A DNA stretch of 64,000 nucleotides from contig NIVC01003698.1 of assembly GCA_002269645.1 (NCBI GenBank), positions 18,241 to 82,240 on the forward strand. Direction: 5' to 3'. The DNA comes from Macrostomum lignano (Eukaryota). Position 1 is the stretch's first letter. Each line of letters opens with the position of its first letter. This document shows, in pieces, positions 23,166 to 42,365 of this stretch. The notes under the pieces are model-generated. The model made no database searches, was not told the DNA's origin, and saw nothing but the letters and a program-made list of their open reading frames with translations. The translations under genes were made by a program, and so were the position numbers.

Positions 23166-26100
23166 GAAAAGCTTAGCTCTGCACTGTCTATTCATCAGAA
23201 ACTGCAAAGCCATGGCTAATTGAACTAACATCTAAGGTCAAGGAGATTTTTGACTAAGAGCCATTAACTGATATAATAAAATATGAGCTTTATATTAAAT
23301 GTTTAAAATGCCCTTTATTTTTGTGGAAATAATAATAGAATAGAATTGAATGGCTTAGGGCTAACAAATGTTTAAATCAAAATAGAATGCCCTTGCCTTA
23401 TTAGGCCCTAAGCTGGAACTTGGAACCTCAACCTTAGTCTTTTACTCAACTCAATGAACTTTTTAGACCTTAGTCTTTCCCTAAAATGAAATTAGAAAGA
23501 ATTTTGGTGCATAACTTTAGTTTTTTTGGCATACACTAGTGTGCAATCATCCATTGCCAAAATTTCATTCTAGCATCAGCATGCACTTGCCACCTTCCTA
23601 ACCAAAGTATGGCATATGGCTAGCAAAAAGCATCAAATTTAAAATAATTATTTCTAACTATTAAACTATATAAGAATTATTTCTTCAATTTATCTATTAC
23701 TTTTATATAAAATTAATATTACTAATGATGGTATGGTGCTAATGCTAAAATTATAACCATTGTTATAATTTTTGCTAATCAAAGAGAATTTGTTCAGTCT
23801 CCTGTGTGTCCTCAGTTTTTGTTCTTTTTGTCTATGCATACAATGCACAGATATAATTCTTTTTGTAATGTTTAAGGAAGATTCGAAACATTTCGAAGAA
23901 AGATTCGCTTTTAAATTTTCGCCAGACTCGCCCATAAACAACAGTAGTCGTAATTGTCGTTGACAGGAAGTAATGCTCCATCAGAAGAAGCTTCATTATT
24001 AGAAGAAGAAAGCAACGTGTATTTTTTTCTTTGCTTGCTGCATATGTATCGTAGCCTGCGGCGGCATAGCCTTTATATTTTTTGCAAGGCAATTTAGCAA
24101 AAAACATAGTAAGGAATTGAATCAAATCGTACCTGCACACGTAATCGACTTATCGACTTATCGGAAAAAATAACTCTTCCTTTAGACAGCCATTCGAACT
24201 AGTATTTTAAACGCAGAACATCTCTAATAAAAAACTTTGTATTTCAAAATTTATTTAAGAAGTAAAAAAGCCATGCATGCAACGTTTTGCTTCTCCTTGA
24301 AAAAGTACATGATGAACATGCAAGCGAGCTGAGGCCCTGCATGAAGCATGCATGTACATGTATGCTCTACTACATGTAAGCACGAAAGAAATTTTTTCTC
24401 ATTAGAGAAAAGAATCTATATACGTGGGTAGTAAACAACTCAAAGTTAACAGAGGAACTTAATAATACCAAGTGTAGTGTGTGTGTCAATTTATACTACG
24501 ATTACGCGGCAAACAGCAGGCTTAGTTGGAAGGCTGCCTTCCAATTCAAAACAATTTGTACGGTAAAATGCACTAACTGCGACTGCGGCGTCCTTTATAA
24601 ACGATATACTGAAGTCGTCCTTGGTTAGTACATGCACATGAGTAACATGCCATGCGTATATGTATCTTGCACGAAATTTCTTGCAGAGTAGTAGAAAATT
24701 TTATTGCCTCATCGCGAATTATTTACACAGCTACGTACATGTACGTACATGCAACACGCACCTGTAACAAACTAAGGAGAAAAGCACTAGATCTAATATT
24801 ATAAAGAGTTCGACTCTGATATCCACAATTCAATTGATATGTCATGCAGTGCAGTGTGCACCATTCACAGATGCATCCTGTTGCACTGTTTTAATCAATA
24901 AACGCATTGCATGAGCAGAGAAGTGGGAGAGGCTGCATAACACGCAATATTTTTCTACTTCTGTTTTTGTGCATTGCCGAGATTTGAGCCCGCAGCTCCC
25001 AAAAATGCGCGACATCCACACTCCGACTGCATCCATTCCTTTTCCCTCTGCAACACTTCTGCTACTCCACCCTTTTCCCTCTTCCTTTCTACTCACCCCA
25101 TATCATCTATTCCTCTCTTTATTCCCTTGCCTTTCTGCCCCCTCTGTCCTGCTGACACAGCAGATTCAGTTGGGAGGCGAAATAGGGAATGGAAGGGCGG
25201 CTGCTCTCAATGCTGCAGGCCCCCCGTGCGCTCCCCAAGCCCTTAAAGTCGTAATCCTTCCCTTATTTTTTCCCTCTCTCCACACGGCAGCATACAGGAT
25301 CTCCTACAGCAACTGCTATATACTGTAGCCAGAATATACAGGCAAGATGGTAGGGGGGAGTTGGTCAATGTATGTAGCGGGGAATTCCCCTCTGCCCCAC
25401 ACTCATGCAGCCCCTCCTCCCTGTCCAGGGGACCAAGGTCGAGCGTATATATATACACACATACACATGCGCGGCACAGGGACATATAGGAAGAGTTGAG
25501 AGCTTGGGGAGCTGAAAAGGACTGGAAATAGAGGACCACTGACGGCAGCATATTTGGCATGGAGGGCGCCATACGGGGGGCAGTGTTGTGGCAATAGCAG
25601 AAGGGAATGATGGGGCTTGGAAGGCAACTGGGGGATACAGGGGGATAGCAGCATGCAGTGGAGGAGGCGAAGAGGAGGGGCAGTCGAGTCTTTCACTCTC
25701 ACTCTCTCTCTTCACCAGTCTCCTTCCTAAGCCTGCATCCCCTGAGGGACTGCAGACCCCCTGACTGCGCCCCCTGCATGGCATGGCGGGGCCGCAGTCC
25801 AGCCTCTCTCCTTCATTCCTCTATTTCTTGTCCTCCAAGCCTATATGCGAAAGCTGCCCGCTGCCTAGCTCAGTGCAGACTCCTTTCCCCCTCCAGATTG
25901 ACTCAGCTCCACGCTGAGCAGCAGTTCAAGGAAGGGGAAAGCTGCAAAGGGGGAGAGGGGCTGGTGTGGAGCGGAACAAAAATAACTCTTCCTTTAGACA
26001 GCCCCATTCGCCCAAAGCTTCCTTTATCTGGCCCACTCCTCTCTAACCTTAAATCCCCCATCCCCTTTCCAGTTCCCGTTCCATGTCCGAACTGCCTCCT

Positions 26101-27601
26101 TGTATAGGAAAGGAAAAAAGCGGAGAGACAGCGACAGAGGGAGGAGGAGAGAGAGAGAAAAAACGAAGAGTTGTTCGGTGGGTCGGCCGGCAGGGCGGAT
26201 TTGGGACTGCGACTTCGGGGATTTGGAATCGGCGGGGAGGATTGGGATCCCAAAAAGTCGCTCGAGGCAGAGGGGCGAGAGAGAGAGAAAATAAGGAATT
26301 AGGGAAGTGTGGCAGATTGGGGTGGAGGGGTGAGGGAAGAGCTTCAGAGCGAGTGCAGTCAGTCTCCGTACGACTGCACCCTCCTCGCCACTGTCCCGGC
26401 CAGTGTGGGTTGTCATGACTACGGCGCATTGATTGACAGAGTCCCCTGCCTCTCCGTGTACCGCAGTCCAAGCCTCTGTCGCTGCCCCCACAGTATGCCT
26501 CCCTGTCGCCCTCTGAACACGAGGAGAGACTTGCTGCCCCGCGGCCGCCAACCTCAAGCTGATTTCTTCTCGCTTCCTCTGCCCGGTTCTTTGCGTCCTC
26601 CTCCTTTCTTGTCCTCCCCCCCCCCCCTGCCCCCAAGCGGGGGATAGGGGAGAACCGGGATTGCCGGGAGCCGATTGGTGGCTGGGCAGGAGACACCGCA
26701 CTCGGGAGGGGGGATAGGAGAGGGTTCCACGGCGACTCCTCTCTCCCGGCGGGACCGAGCGGGCCGGCATCTTCTCCCGTTCGCAAGCCCAGAGCAGGCC
26801 GTCGCGGGAGTCGGAGCACCAACTCAGCTCTTGCTTTGCGCTTTACCCAGATCTTCGAGTCGCAAAGTAGAGAGCGATCGCGCCAGGCCTTCTCCCAAAA
26901 AGGAGCCCTCCTGTTTTCCTTACTCTCGTTCCGCTCCGGCAATCGAGTGAGTCCCGAGCGCTCGCACCAGGGTCTTGCTTGCTCCCCTCCCCAGAGCCTG
27001 CACCCTCACTCCGCGGCTCCTTGGCTCCCCTCCGCTAAGCACTCACTATACTACATTTTGTCCCTCCCCCACCCTCATCTACCCCGAGCCATCATCTTCT
27101 CTCTAATATCCCATCCTCTTGCCTTCTCCTCCCATCCCCTTTTTGCCACTCTCTCGAATCCTGCGCCTCGAATGCTTGCCGCCGAAGGAGGCGCCAGAGC
27201 GTACAGCTAAGCAAGCAGAGCGCAGTGCGCCTCAGCCGGTGCCGAGCATCGCTTCCAACGCCCTTCCTCCCCTCCCCCTTTATCCCCCTTTTCCTGCTCC
27301 TGACCACTTTCATTCTCCATCCCCGTAGGTCATAAACAAACAACGGGACTGAGAGGTCTCATTTCTATCTACTCAGCTACTCATCGGGCTCAGGTCAGTA
27401 ACCGTACCAGCAGGATTGCTAGCAGCCGGCCTGTTTCTATCTGCATCGTTGTCTCCTGGCTGCAGCTAAGCGCCGGTGGTACCAGAACTGAAGCTCTGAA
27501 TGGCCCAGCGAGTCGGGTAGGCCAACTCTGAGCGGACACGACAGCGCATCTCTTCACTGAGTGCCGATTCGTTTCAATCACAAAATTTTTTTCTCGAAAA
27601 A

Positions 27602-33370
<5,769 letters not shown>

Positions 33371-35617
33371 CCTTCCGCCGTAAATTCTACCCTAAACAGC
33401 TCCCAAAAAATTATCAGACCCGATCTCCATCGGATGTTCCATCCAGTGGCTGCGGTCGGCGGTTTGTTGCAGATCCGACGGCCATCCCCGCAATCTAGCT
33501 TGAGCATTAGCTTCACGCTCATCGCCGAGTGTAAGTATGTACCTGTTGTATTCTAACGCTGCACTCAGTCTGCACGATGAGGGATCAACTCGGTTTTCAA
33601 GTCCAATTTGCTTTGAATCACATTCGAACATAAGCAAAAATGCAGAACGCCTCGCACCTGTGCTTTGATGTCTTGTCCACACGCCCGAGCTGCACTGCTC
33701 TCTTCATTCTATGGTAGCCATGAATGCAGTAAGCCATATCGTAGCAACTTTTCAATTTCAACTTTGTTTAAAAACACGTTTTGTCCAGTATTTCTCAATG
33801 CTCTCTGACCGAGAGGAGCCGCAGGCGAACCCCGTGAGCTCCGGACCTCACCATTGCGAGTCGTGTCGCTGTGATTCAGCTTGCTCCCTCCCTGCAACCC
33901 CGTATTCCTAAAATGCTGCAATTGCAGCTGAACATTTTTGAATATTCGTTGGATTTGCCTCCTTATTAATGCTTCTCTGAGTTCCCATTCCTAATATTGC
34001 TTCAATGCCGTTTGTGTGTGAGAAAGGAACCTTTATCTGTTAAGGTTTACAGGTAACACTGCAATGTAAAATGTTGGGTTTTTTGACAATTCCTTGATAG
34101 AATGGAAGCTTATGGCTGCTGTTTATGGCTTGTACACAGTTCTCTGTGCCTTGGGCTAGCTCTCACGGGCCAGTTTTCTAAACCCCAAAAATTGTCCATC
34201 CATGCCAGAAGTCGGTTTTTTCCTCACGGGCCAGATAGAGAATCTAGCATATGACTGCGAGAGGGGATAGAGAATAGAGGAGAGGAGAAGAGAAGAGAGA
34301 GGAGAGGCTAGAAGAGACGAGTGTAGAGAGGAGAGAAGAGATATGGTAGTAACAAACATTGAGCGGGCCGGATTGCTATTGTGAAGTCTCAAAGGACCCC
34401 TAGAACCGGATAAAGAGGCTTCGCGGGTCGGAGTCTGCCAACCTATGTATGCGGAATCGAACTTATAGGGACTCAAAAGTGAGAAAAGTTCAAATTTGAG
34501 ATAAAAATTCCATTTAGAACTATACTTCACTCGAAGACAATGTGTTTTTTTATCGTATCCGATGTGTGCTGATTTCTTATAATTTCTTGGTCGAGCGAAC
34601 ATGTCGCCCGGTTACCCAGTATTTTTCGTGTTTGGGCAGCTCGCATGTCCAGAAAGGCCAGCAGCCACCAGCAAAAATGTGCACCAGCGGTTTTCTAGGG
34701 TCACTGTGTAACTATTGCAAGCTTTGCGTCAGTCGCCAGTCTCCTAATCGCACTTTCTTAGTAGAAATAGACACCAAGGCAGATTGAACGGCATACCAGC
34801 TGCATGTTCTTATTGGTTAAAAGTGTAGAAATTCCTAAAAAACAGCCAATTTGAGCTAAGTATATCCAAAATAAAAGCAATGGATCATGATCTATTTTCA
34901 GATATTGCATTAGATTGTAATTCGTGTATGCGAACTACGAGCGAGTACACCAAGAGAGACGTTTTCCTCGTTAAAAACAATTTGTCACACCAAAGACGAA
35001 TGAAGTTCATCTGTCTTTATAATATGCGCATCTGGATCAATATCAACATTAGTGCATGCTTTACTGCTTATTATATTAATTTCACGATGAAGCATACTTT
35101 ATTAATGTGTAAATTAAGTAAAGCCATACAAACATGCTGTATGTAAAACACGCTGTCATTTTGTATTGTCACCCTGCACTGCAGTACGACTTAAAAATGC
35201 GCGCTTGTTATATTGATTTTGTGCTTTACACACTGCAGATCTCTCTCTATATATACTGTCCTGTCATGTTGTTGACACATTCTCTGCATTATATATATAA
35301 TATAATTATATAACTATTGTCAACTTGTTGCGACATCTGCATACACCGCCATAAAATTGCCTGTTTAAAAAAAAGGAAAATACTACAACTGATGAATATG
35401 TTGCATCGATAATGCGTTCGGCGAACGCCGTTTGAACTCGTTTAATTCTTTGTTGCGATATACACTAGTAGTGACTCATGAAACCGGCAATCCTGGAAAA
35501 TTACACTTGACAGGGTTGGAGAACTACACTAATTAGTGTCATCATTACATCGGCACGCAATCTAAAAAACTTGTGATGCGGCTGCCACCAGACCGCCACC
35601 AGACGGGACTACCGGTC

Positions 35618-36603
35618 TGTAACAGTCGAAGTTTCTTGACCCTAACTGTATATTAGAAATGGACGATTAAGGAACAACTATGCGCAGGACTGTCTCGTGG
35701 TGCTCATCCTACGGGGACTTATTTAGAAGCATTGTTACTGCTATGATTGTTTAATTGAATTCGGCTCATACTTGGTGTGATCTTCCACCCTGATCCTCAG
35801 CTTCTATTCCATGTCCTGCGACCGATGCACTCACTACTTATCACATTTCATGCCACGTCTCTTAGTATAAATAAGCAAACAGACCGAAGCAAACGAGTTG
35901 AATATATAGCTAATGCCCTGAATTACTGGCCCTCCTTACCCGCTCGGTTATAATTAAAAAGGAATTAATAAGTTAGGATTGAGAAATTAGGAGATGATGA
36001 GCCAATGGGGGGGATACCGGGCCGACTACACCACACATGGGCATATGCAGCGCAATAGAGAAAGAAATACCTAATTGCAGACGCAGCCGACGGGCAGGGC
36101 TGCTTGGCACAGTGGTCGTCGGATGGTCACGGCGCGGCTGCAGTCACGGACGATCAGTCCAGACGAGACGCGCCAGGAGGTAAAGCCAAGGGAAGTCACA
36201 GCTCAGCACGTGGTTACAGCTCTCAGCACATGGTTGCAGCTCGCACGTTACAGCTCAGCACCCAAAATGGAGAAGGGGCTCCGAACGGTTGTTTTACAGC
36301 TCCGAAGGTCCGTAATGAAACGGAAGGGGAAGGGAGGAAAGGTTGTGAAAGGGAAGGGTATAAGAAAACCTTAAACAGTGAAGGAAAGGGTAAAACCGTA
36401 GCCGCTCAGGGCTCAAAACAGTGTAGCTCTTATTTATAGCCCTGAGATCAAGCGTCACGCAATCTCGTGAGCGTGATGCGTGATATTGAAGGCCTTGACT
36501 TGTCGTTGACCTCCGTTACCAAGCAACCCTGACGACGTCACCCGTCAGCCGCTCTGTGATTGTGTGAGAAAAAGATTTATGATGGGGGATTACGTACGTA
36601 ACA
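35618..36603 (-). mobile_element. Possible solo-LTR-like element
   Basis: On - it begins TGTTACG (36603) and ends TGTTACA (35618), with TATAAATA at about 36431-36438 and a TGGTGGCAGC PBS-like motif about 30 nt beyond the end. No TSD found. Confidence 0.28.
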
Positions 36604-39600
36604 AGCAGAAAAAAGCTTGGGGAGATAAAAGTCCAGAAAGGGTCATGTCACACGCATGAATGATTTCGAACAATGAAAGCAGGTGGAGTTGGTGCGCGGG
36701 GGAGTGGGGTGGGCGATAAGCCATGATCGAGTTATATCGATGACTCTCATCTCATGGGTCTTCACGGGGGGGGGCAGGAATCACAATGAAAGAAGGGAGG
36801 GCGCGCAAAATTAGTCGGGGACCAGGAGTGCCTACATCAGTGTGATTAACAGACAAAACTATATTTTTCCTTATTGATTTGCATGTTATGTAACATGTGT
36901 AACATACTAATTTGAATAAAAAGGAATTAAAGTGACTATTCTTTGGTGAAAATGGTTTGCAGTGCCAGAATTTTGCTGTCTGTTGTGAAGGACACTTTGA
37001 ACAATTTTGGATGTTCAGAAAGAAAGCCATTCAAAGAAAACATTCAAATATGCTCAACGCTCGTACCAAAAATGTCCTAAAATTTGAATGAACTGGACTA
37101 AGGCGAGGCAAACACCTTTTTCCGTACTCACTGAATAGTTTTATACGCTTGAAAACTAAAAAATCTAATTTGACTGCATCAAATGCTTTTTAAGTTAGGA
37201 AAGTAAAGGAAATATGATTTTTGTTTATTTTTACTGTTTCAATCCTGTTTCTTAGAAGAACAGGTGGAGTCTGCGATAATCATCAATAGATAGATGTTTA
37301 TGTGTCTTTACTCTTTAACCCAGGGATAAATATGTAATGTGTAAAATTTACTCAATGTATATTTAATACGTTTTCCTGCATGTTTTGTGCTTCGCTAGGC
37401 CTATAGATAGACTATATAACGGGTATTATTAGGTCTATCATATCACCCACACCAGTTACCAGTAGATTACTAGATTACTCACTGTAGTGTATATTCAATT
37501 ATTCATCCTTATGTCATGTCATCGACATTTTCATGCTAAGCTTGTGACTAGAGGCATATGCCTAAGTGGAATCTAACTAGGCGCTATATGTGTATATTAT
37601 TATTTAGACCTTAGGCCTACTATTACTAGACTTTTAGATAAATAAGTTTTGCTAGGTGATAGCCTATAGGCCTAGGTTAGATTGGCAATTGCCATGCCTG
37701 CACAAGTTTTGTGCAGCTGTAAGCTGTGCAAATTTTCAAATTTTGTGAAATGCACAAAAAATGAAGAAATCCCTTTTTCTATGCAAATGAGATAGTCAAT
37801 TGATTTTCTCATTTTCTCATGTTAAAATCTCAATCTCATGTAGGCCTAAAATCATTTTAATAACAAATTTAACATTGATGCATCGATGCATGTAACATGG
37901 GGTAGGCTCTTTAGTGAAAATAGAAACTTTCATCTTCATGGAAACCTGGATAAAATTCTTACCAATCACTTGACACTTATTTTAAGTATAATAAATATCA
38001 TAATATTATTTGATTAGACAGGGCCTAAATGTTCTAGATTTTTGTTGGCCCTAAAATGGTAGCTGCAGATAAAAATTGGACCTTTGGACCTTGCAGATTA
38101 GGTAGGCCCTATTGCCTATTATACATATATAAATATAGATGACACTTGAGTACATTTTTATAAAAAAGCAAATATCTTTGTGTAGCCTAGATCTAAATAA
38201 AATAAAATTAATAATCAATTAATAAAGTGAAAGTATTAGTTGCACTATTGCATACCTAAAGGACTTATCAAAATGCAAAGCATATAATTTTGTAAAAAAA
38301 GCTTTTTTATTGCATAACATAAAATAAAATGAATAAAAAGGCAGCCTTGGCTGCATAAATGTTATTCTACTTTTCAAATATTTATTCTAGCTTGAGTGGA
38401 AATGTGACAATATTGTTGTGGTGGCCTCGAGAGTGAATGAAGACAAATAAATATGGTAGAAGCAGAATTGTAGCAGTAGCACTTGACAGTAAATTGGTTC
38501 AGCGTTATTACTAATGTTGGCTGCAGATTTGGTTTATTGTTACATCTTGTACTTTGATTAACAATGCGCTAGTGGCTATGCAACAATAGAATAATTAGCT
38601 TAAGCAGTAAAAGTGGCGTGGATAGAACTGTGGCAGAGAAAAGGCAAATGACTAAACAAAGGCAGTCAGAGCCTACAAGCTACACAGGCTCGCAAGGGTG
38701 CAAGAGGCTAACATAGTTAAACAGACTACAGACCCCAGACAGGGTGGTGGCAGAGTTGAAGTCTAAACAGTAGGGCAGACAGGAGTGCCCAGAGTGAGAG
38801 GTGGGGCTAAAGGTGGAGTGAGAGACAAAGGGAGAAAAGGCCCCGAGTGCACGGCCAGACAGAACTGATAAGGACCGGGCTGGGGGGTGGCGCGCGAAAG
38901 AAATTAGTATAATTAATGTGGCATATTTCTATTGGCTGAATGGCTGACTGAGAAAAACAAGAACAGAAATTATTGATCGCGCACTGTACGCAGGGTTTAC
39001 AATTGTACGCAGTTGAATAAAATTCTTAGGGCACTACTTATAGTAAACATGAGAATATAGAACTAGTAATATTTAAAGATTGGTACTGTATGTCAAAATG
39101 GCCCTTGGTGGGGCTACTGAAACTGGAAATGTCACAGGAAATACTAGAAATAGGCCCCACTCTAGGCTTAGGAATATAAGCCTAGGCTTAAAATGTAACT
39201 TCTAGCCAACCTAGCCAATCTGGCCACTATAAATTGTGGTAGACTAGGGATAAATTACAAGTGCCCATCTAAAAGAATATAAACAGTAATAATTAGATGA
39301 TGAGACATTTAGTCTAAATAAGACATTCATAATTGCTTATGCAGTTTATCTAAAATTGCTTTAATTTTTGCTTTAGGGTTTCTTTCATATGTAAGTCACA
39401 TTTTTGGTCAAAAAGTAAGTTGCATAGCCAGTGTAAATCATTAAATCAAGTAATTGCACATGTATACTTAGGAAGTTATGGCCTATATATATCCCTATGT
39501 ATAAATATAAACAAAATGAATAAAAACATGTTACAGCTTTAGGCCCAAAATAAGTAAGAAAACTACAGGAAAACACATTAGCAATTTTTGCTATAATTAT

Positions 39601-40731
39601 TTATTATCTAATATTTTTCCTCTTACAAAAAGCATAATTTAGCATATTAAAATGTTTTCTAACTAGGGTAATAAAACCATCTTGTTAAAAAGTAATAACA
39701 GTAAGAATTTTTGGAAGAAATAAAAAATCAAATATAATTTTAATAGGTTAGGAATTGAAAAAAGATTTTTTAAACTAAAAACAATAGTTTAAGTTTTAAT
39801 GGCTTTGTATGTTATAATGACTTTTTATGCTAGAACTTTCCTTTTTTGTTTAATTTAAAGAAAATTTAAAGCCTTTCTTTTTGTATGTCATAGTTTTTTT
39901 AATAAGCCATTTCTATGAAAAAGATGACATTTTGTTATAATCCCAATGAAAGCCAGACTATATATTTATGATGTTTTTCTCTGTAAAATGTATTTTCCTC
40001 TTTCTAGTTTGTACTTGCTTTGTATTCTATCTAATTATATTGCAAAGGTAATCATTCACAAAAAGCCTTTTTATTTGAATTTGCCTTCAACTATAGAAAT
40101 TGTTTCTACATTTCTAGCTATAGATTATATATTAGTTCTACTTAAATTTCACAATTAATAAGTCTTAAAATCCCAAAAACCTAATAATTATAAAACTACT
40201 GATACTTCAAATGAAATATGAATCACAATAAATACAATATGTAACTTATTTAAATATTATCCTGTTTAGAAAAAAAACATGGTGCTAATTTGGCAGGGTC
40301 CAAACTCAGGATGCTAGAATTAAAGTTGATTTCTCACGATATTTAGTAGGATATGAATGCCTAAAAAATTACACAAACAATTTTAAGCATAAATTGGCTA
40401 TGGGAATTGGCAAGGTCTTGTCAAGAACACACAAAAATTGACTAATTAATATCAAGTAAGACACCCTTACCTCTTGCATTGTGATTAAGATAGTTTATAC
40501 CCTAATGGAACCAAAATGCTTTATTCTTATAGCATCTTGTGCAGGGCAGGAAATCAATTGGCAAACTTATTTGCCAATTGATTTCTGTCTGGACAACTGC
40601 TGAAAGAGCAAGCATGGGATGCTCACTTCTGTACTTTCATTTTCACTTTTGCTCACTACACAGATATTGTTATAATTCTATTTGATAGTTACTTTTGTTC
40701 CTAATTATTTAGCACCGTCTCTGTGAATTGC

Positions 40732-41694
40732 ATGATGCCGCTTCCGCCACCCCCGCCGCCTCCTCCGCCTCCGCCGCCGTCATCGTCTGGGCCTCCGGCC
40801 CCGCCTGCGGCAGGCAAGAAGGCCACAGGCAATCGCGGCGCCCTGCTAGGCGACATCCGTAGCGGCGCCCGGCTGCGCAAAGTGCCCGACAGCCAGAAGC
40901 GGGACAGAAGCGAGGCCCAACTGGGCGGCAGCAAGTCCGCCCCGCCACTCTGCAGCTCCAGCAACAACCGCCGAACGTCGGTCTCGTCAGCTTCTACTGA
41001 CACTTCCAGCGGCGGCTCTGGTGGCTCCACAGGCGGCGCCGGCGTCGGGGTCCCCATAGGCGGCGGCAGCGTCGGTTCGCTGTTCCAGCAGGAGTTGGCC
41101 AACAAGTTTGCCAGCAGGGCCTCTAACGGCGCTCTGCCGGCGCAGAACGGCGCCAGACTGTCGTCCACCAAGCTGCCGCCCCCGCCGCCGCCGACGTCGC
41201 AACCAACGCAGGCGCAGAGACAGCAGGCGCCGATGCGTCCAGCTGACCGCGGCGCCGCGCCGCCTCCGCCGCCGCAGAGCAAGAAGCCCGCATTGAGTCC
41301 GGCTAAATCGCAGCAGCCATCCCGACCGCCGCCACCTCCGCCGCCGCCGTCGCAGCACTCCAGCCGACGCTCAGCGCCCGAGCCGCCAGCCGTGCCCGCC
41401 CGCAGCCGCCCGGTCAGCACCGGCGGCGGATATGCGCCGCCTCCGCCCCCGACCCCTGCGTCCTCGGCGCCATCCCGGCAGCCGCCGCCTCCGCCGCCTC
41501 CGTCTCGGCCACCAACTGGTCGCTCGGTCACGGCGCCTGCGCCGCCTAAATCGCGCTCGTCCGCCCCACCTGCGCTGGCCGACTTCGAGACCCGGTTCAA
41601 GTTCAGGCCGCCCAGCTCGCTGCCGCCGCCGAAGAAGTTCACCGGTACTGAGAAGTTCAAAGCCAGCGTGCCGCTGCCCCGGCACAGTCACTGA
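40732..41694 (+). CDS. WIPF: WASP-interacting protein / verprolin (WIP family), single exon, 320 aa
   Basis: N-terminal polyproline, then a WH2 motif (RGALLGDIRSGARLRKV..RDRS), a proline-rich middle, and a C-terminal WASP-binding motif (DFETRFKFRPPSSLPPP) resembling WIP ESRFYFHPISDLPPP. Confidence 0.9.
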   Translation: MMPLPPPPPPPPPPPPSSSGPPAPPAAGKKATGNRGALLGDIRSGARLRKVPDSQKRDRSEAQLGGSKSAPPLCSSSNNRRTSVSSASTDTSSGGSGGSTGGAGVGVPIGGGSVGSLFQQELANKFASRASNGALPAQNGARLSSTKLPPPPPPTSQPTQAQRQQAPMRPADRGAAPPPPPQSKKPALSPAKSQQPSRPPPPPPPPSQHSSRRSAPEPPAVPARSRPVSTGGGYAPPPPPTPASSAPSRQPPPPPPPSRPPTGRSVTAPAPPKSRSSAPPALADFETRFKFRPPSSLPPPKKFTGTEKFKASVPLPRHSH

Positions 41695-42189
41695 ATCCTC
41701 AGCTATCGTTTTTAATTCCCCGCATATTCTAGCGTCTCCCTAGTCTGTTGCTGCGCCTTCAAGCCAAAAAAGCTGGAGCGACGTCTTGGTTTTCAGCTGC
41801 AAGATTATTTTTTGAAATGCGCTATTTTTCTACGAATAACAACTAGAACAGAAAATCCAGTCTCGCACAAGTCTCCAATATGCCGGGCAGTCTGGTCTTC
41901 CTGAGTTTTTTTAATAATCACAATATTTCTGTTTCCAAATTTGTCTGGAGCGAATTGCAAGTCTGGGACCAGGTTGAGCTGACATTTTTAACACAACCTG
42001 TGCATCTCCGTTTTGCCTGGCGGGCTATCATTTTATCGTGCAATGACGCGCTTCTGTCTTACTACCAAATCCAGCTCTGCCTTTGCTGCCGCCACTGTAA
42101 ACTGGCTTCTGGTATGTCATTGCAGCTCTCTTCTCTGTCTATCTCTCTAATACCCCTCTCTCTGACTCTCCTGATGTCTCCTAGCTGAC

Positions 42190-42198
42190 TCTGTCTCA

Positions 42199-42289
<91 letters not shown>

Positions 42290-42365
42290 CTCCTGATGTC
42301 TCCTAGCTGACTATCTGTCTCACTCTTCTCTTTGACTCTCTCTCTCTCTCTCTCTCTGTCTGTCT
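42190..42365. repeat. (CT)n microsatellite
   Basis: Seen directly, flanked by a duplicated ctctgactctcctgatgtctcctagctgact. Confidence 0.95.
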
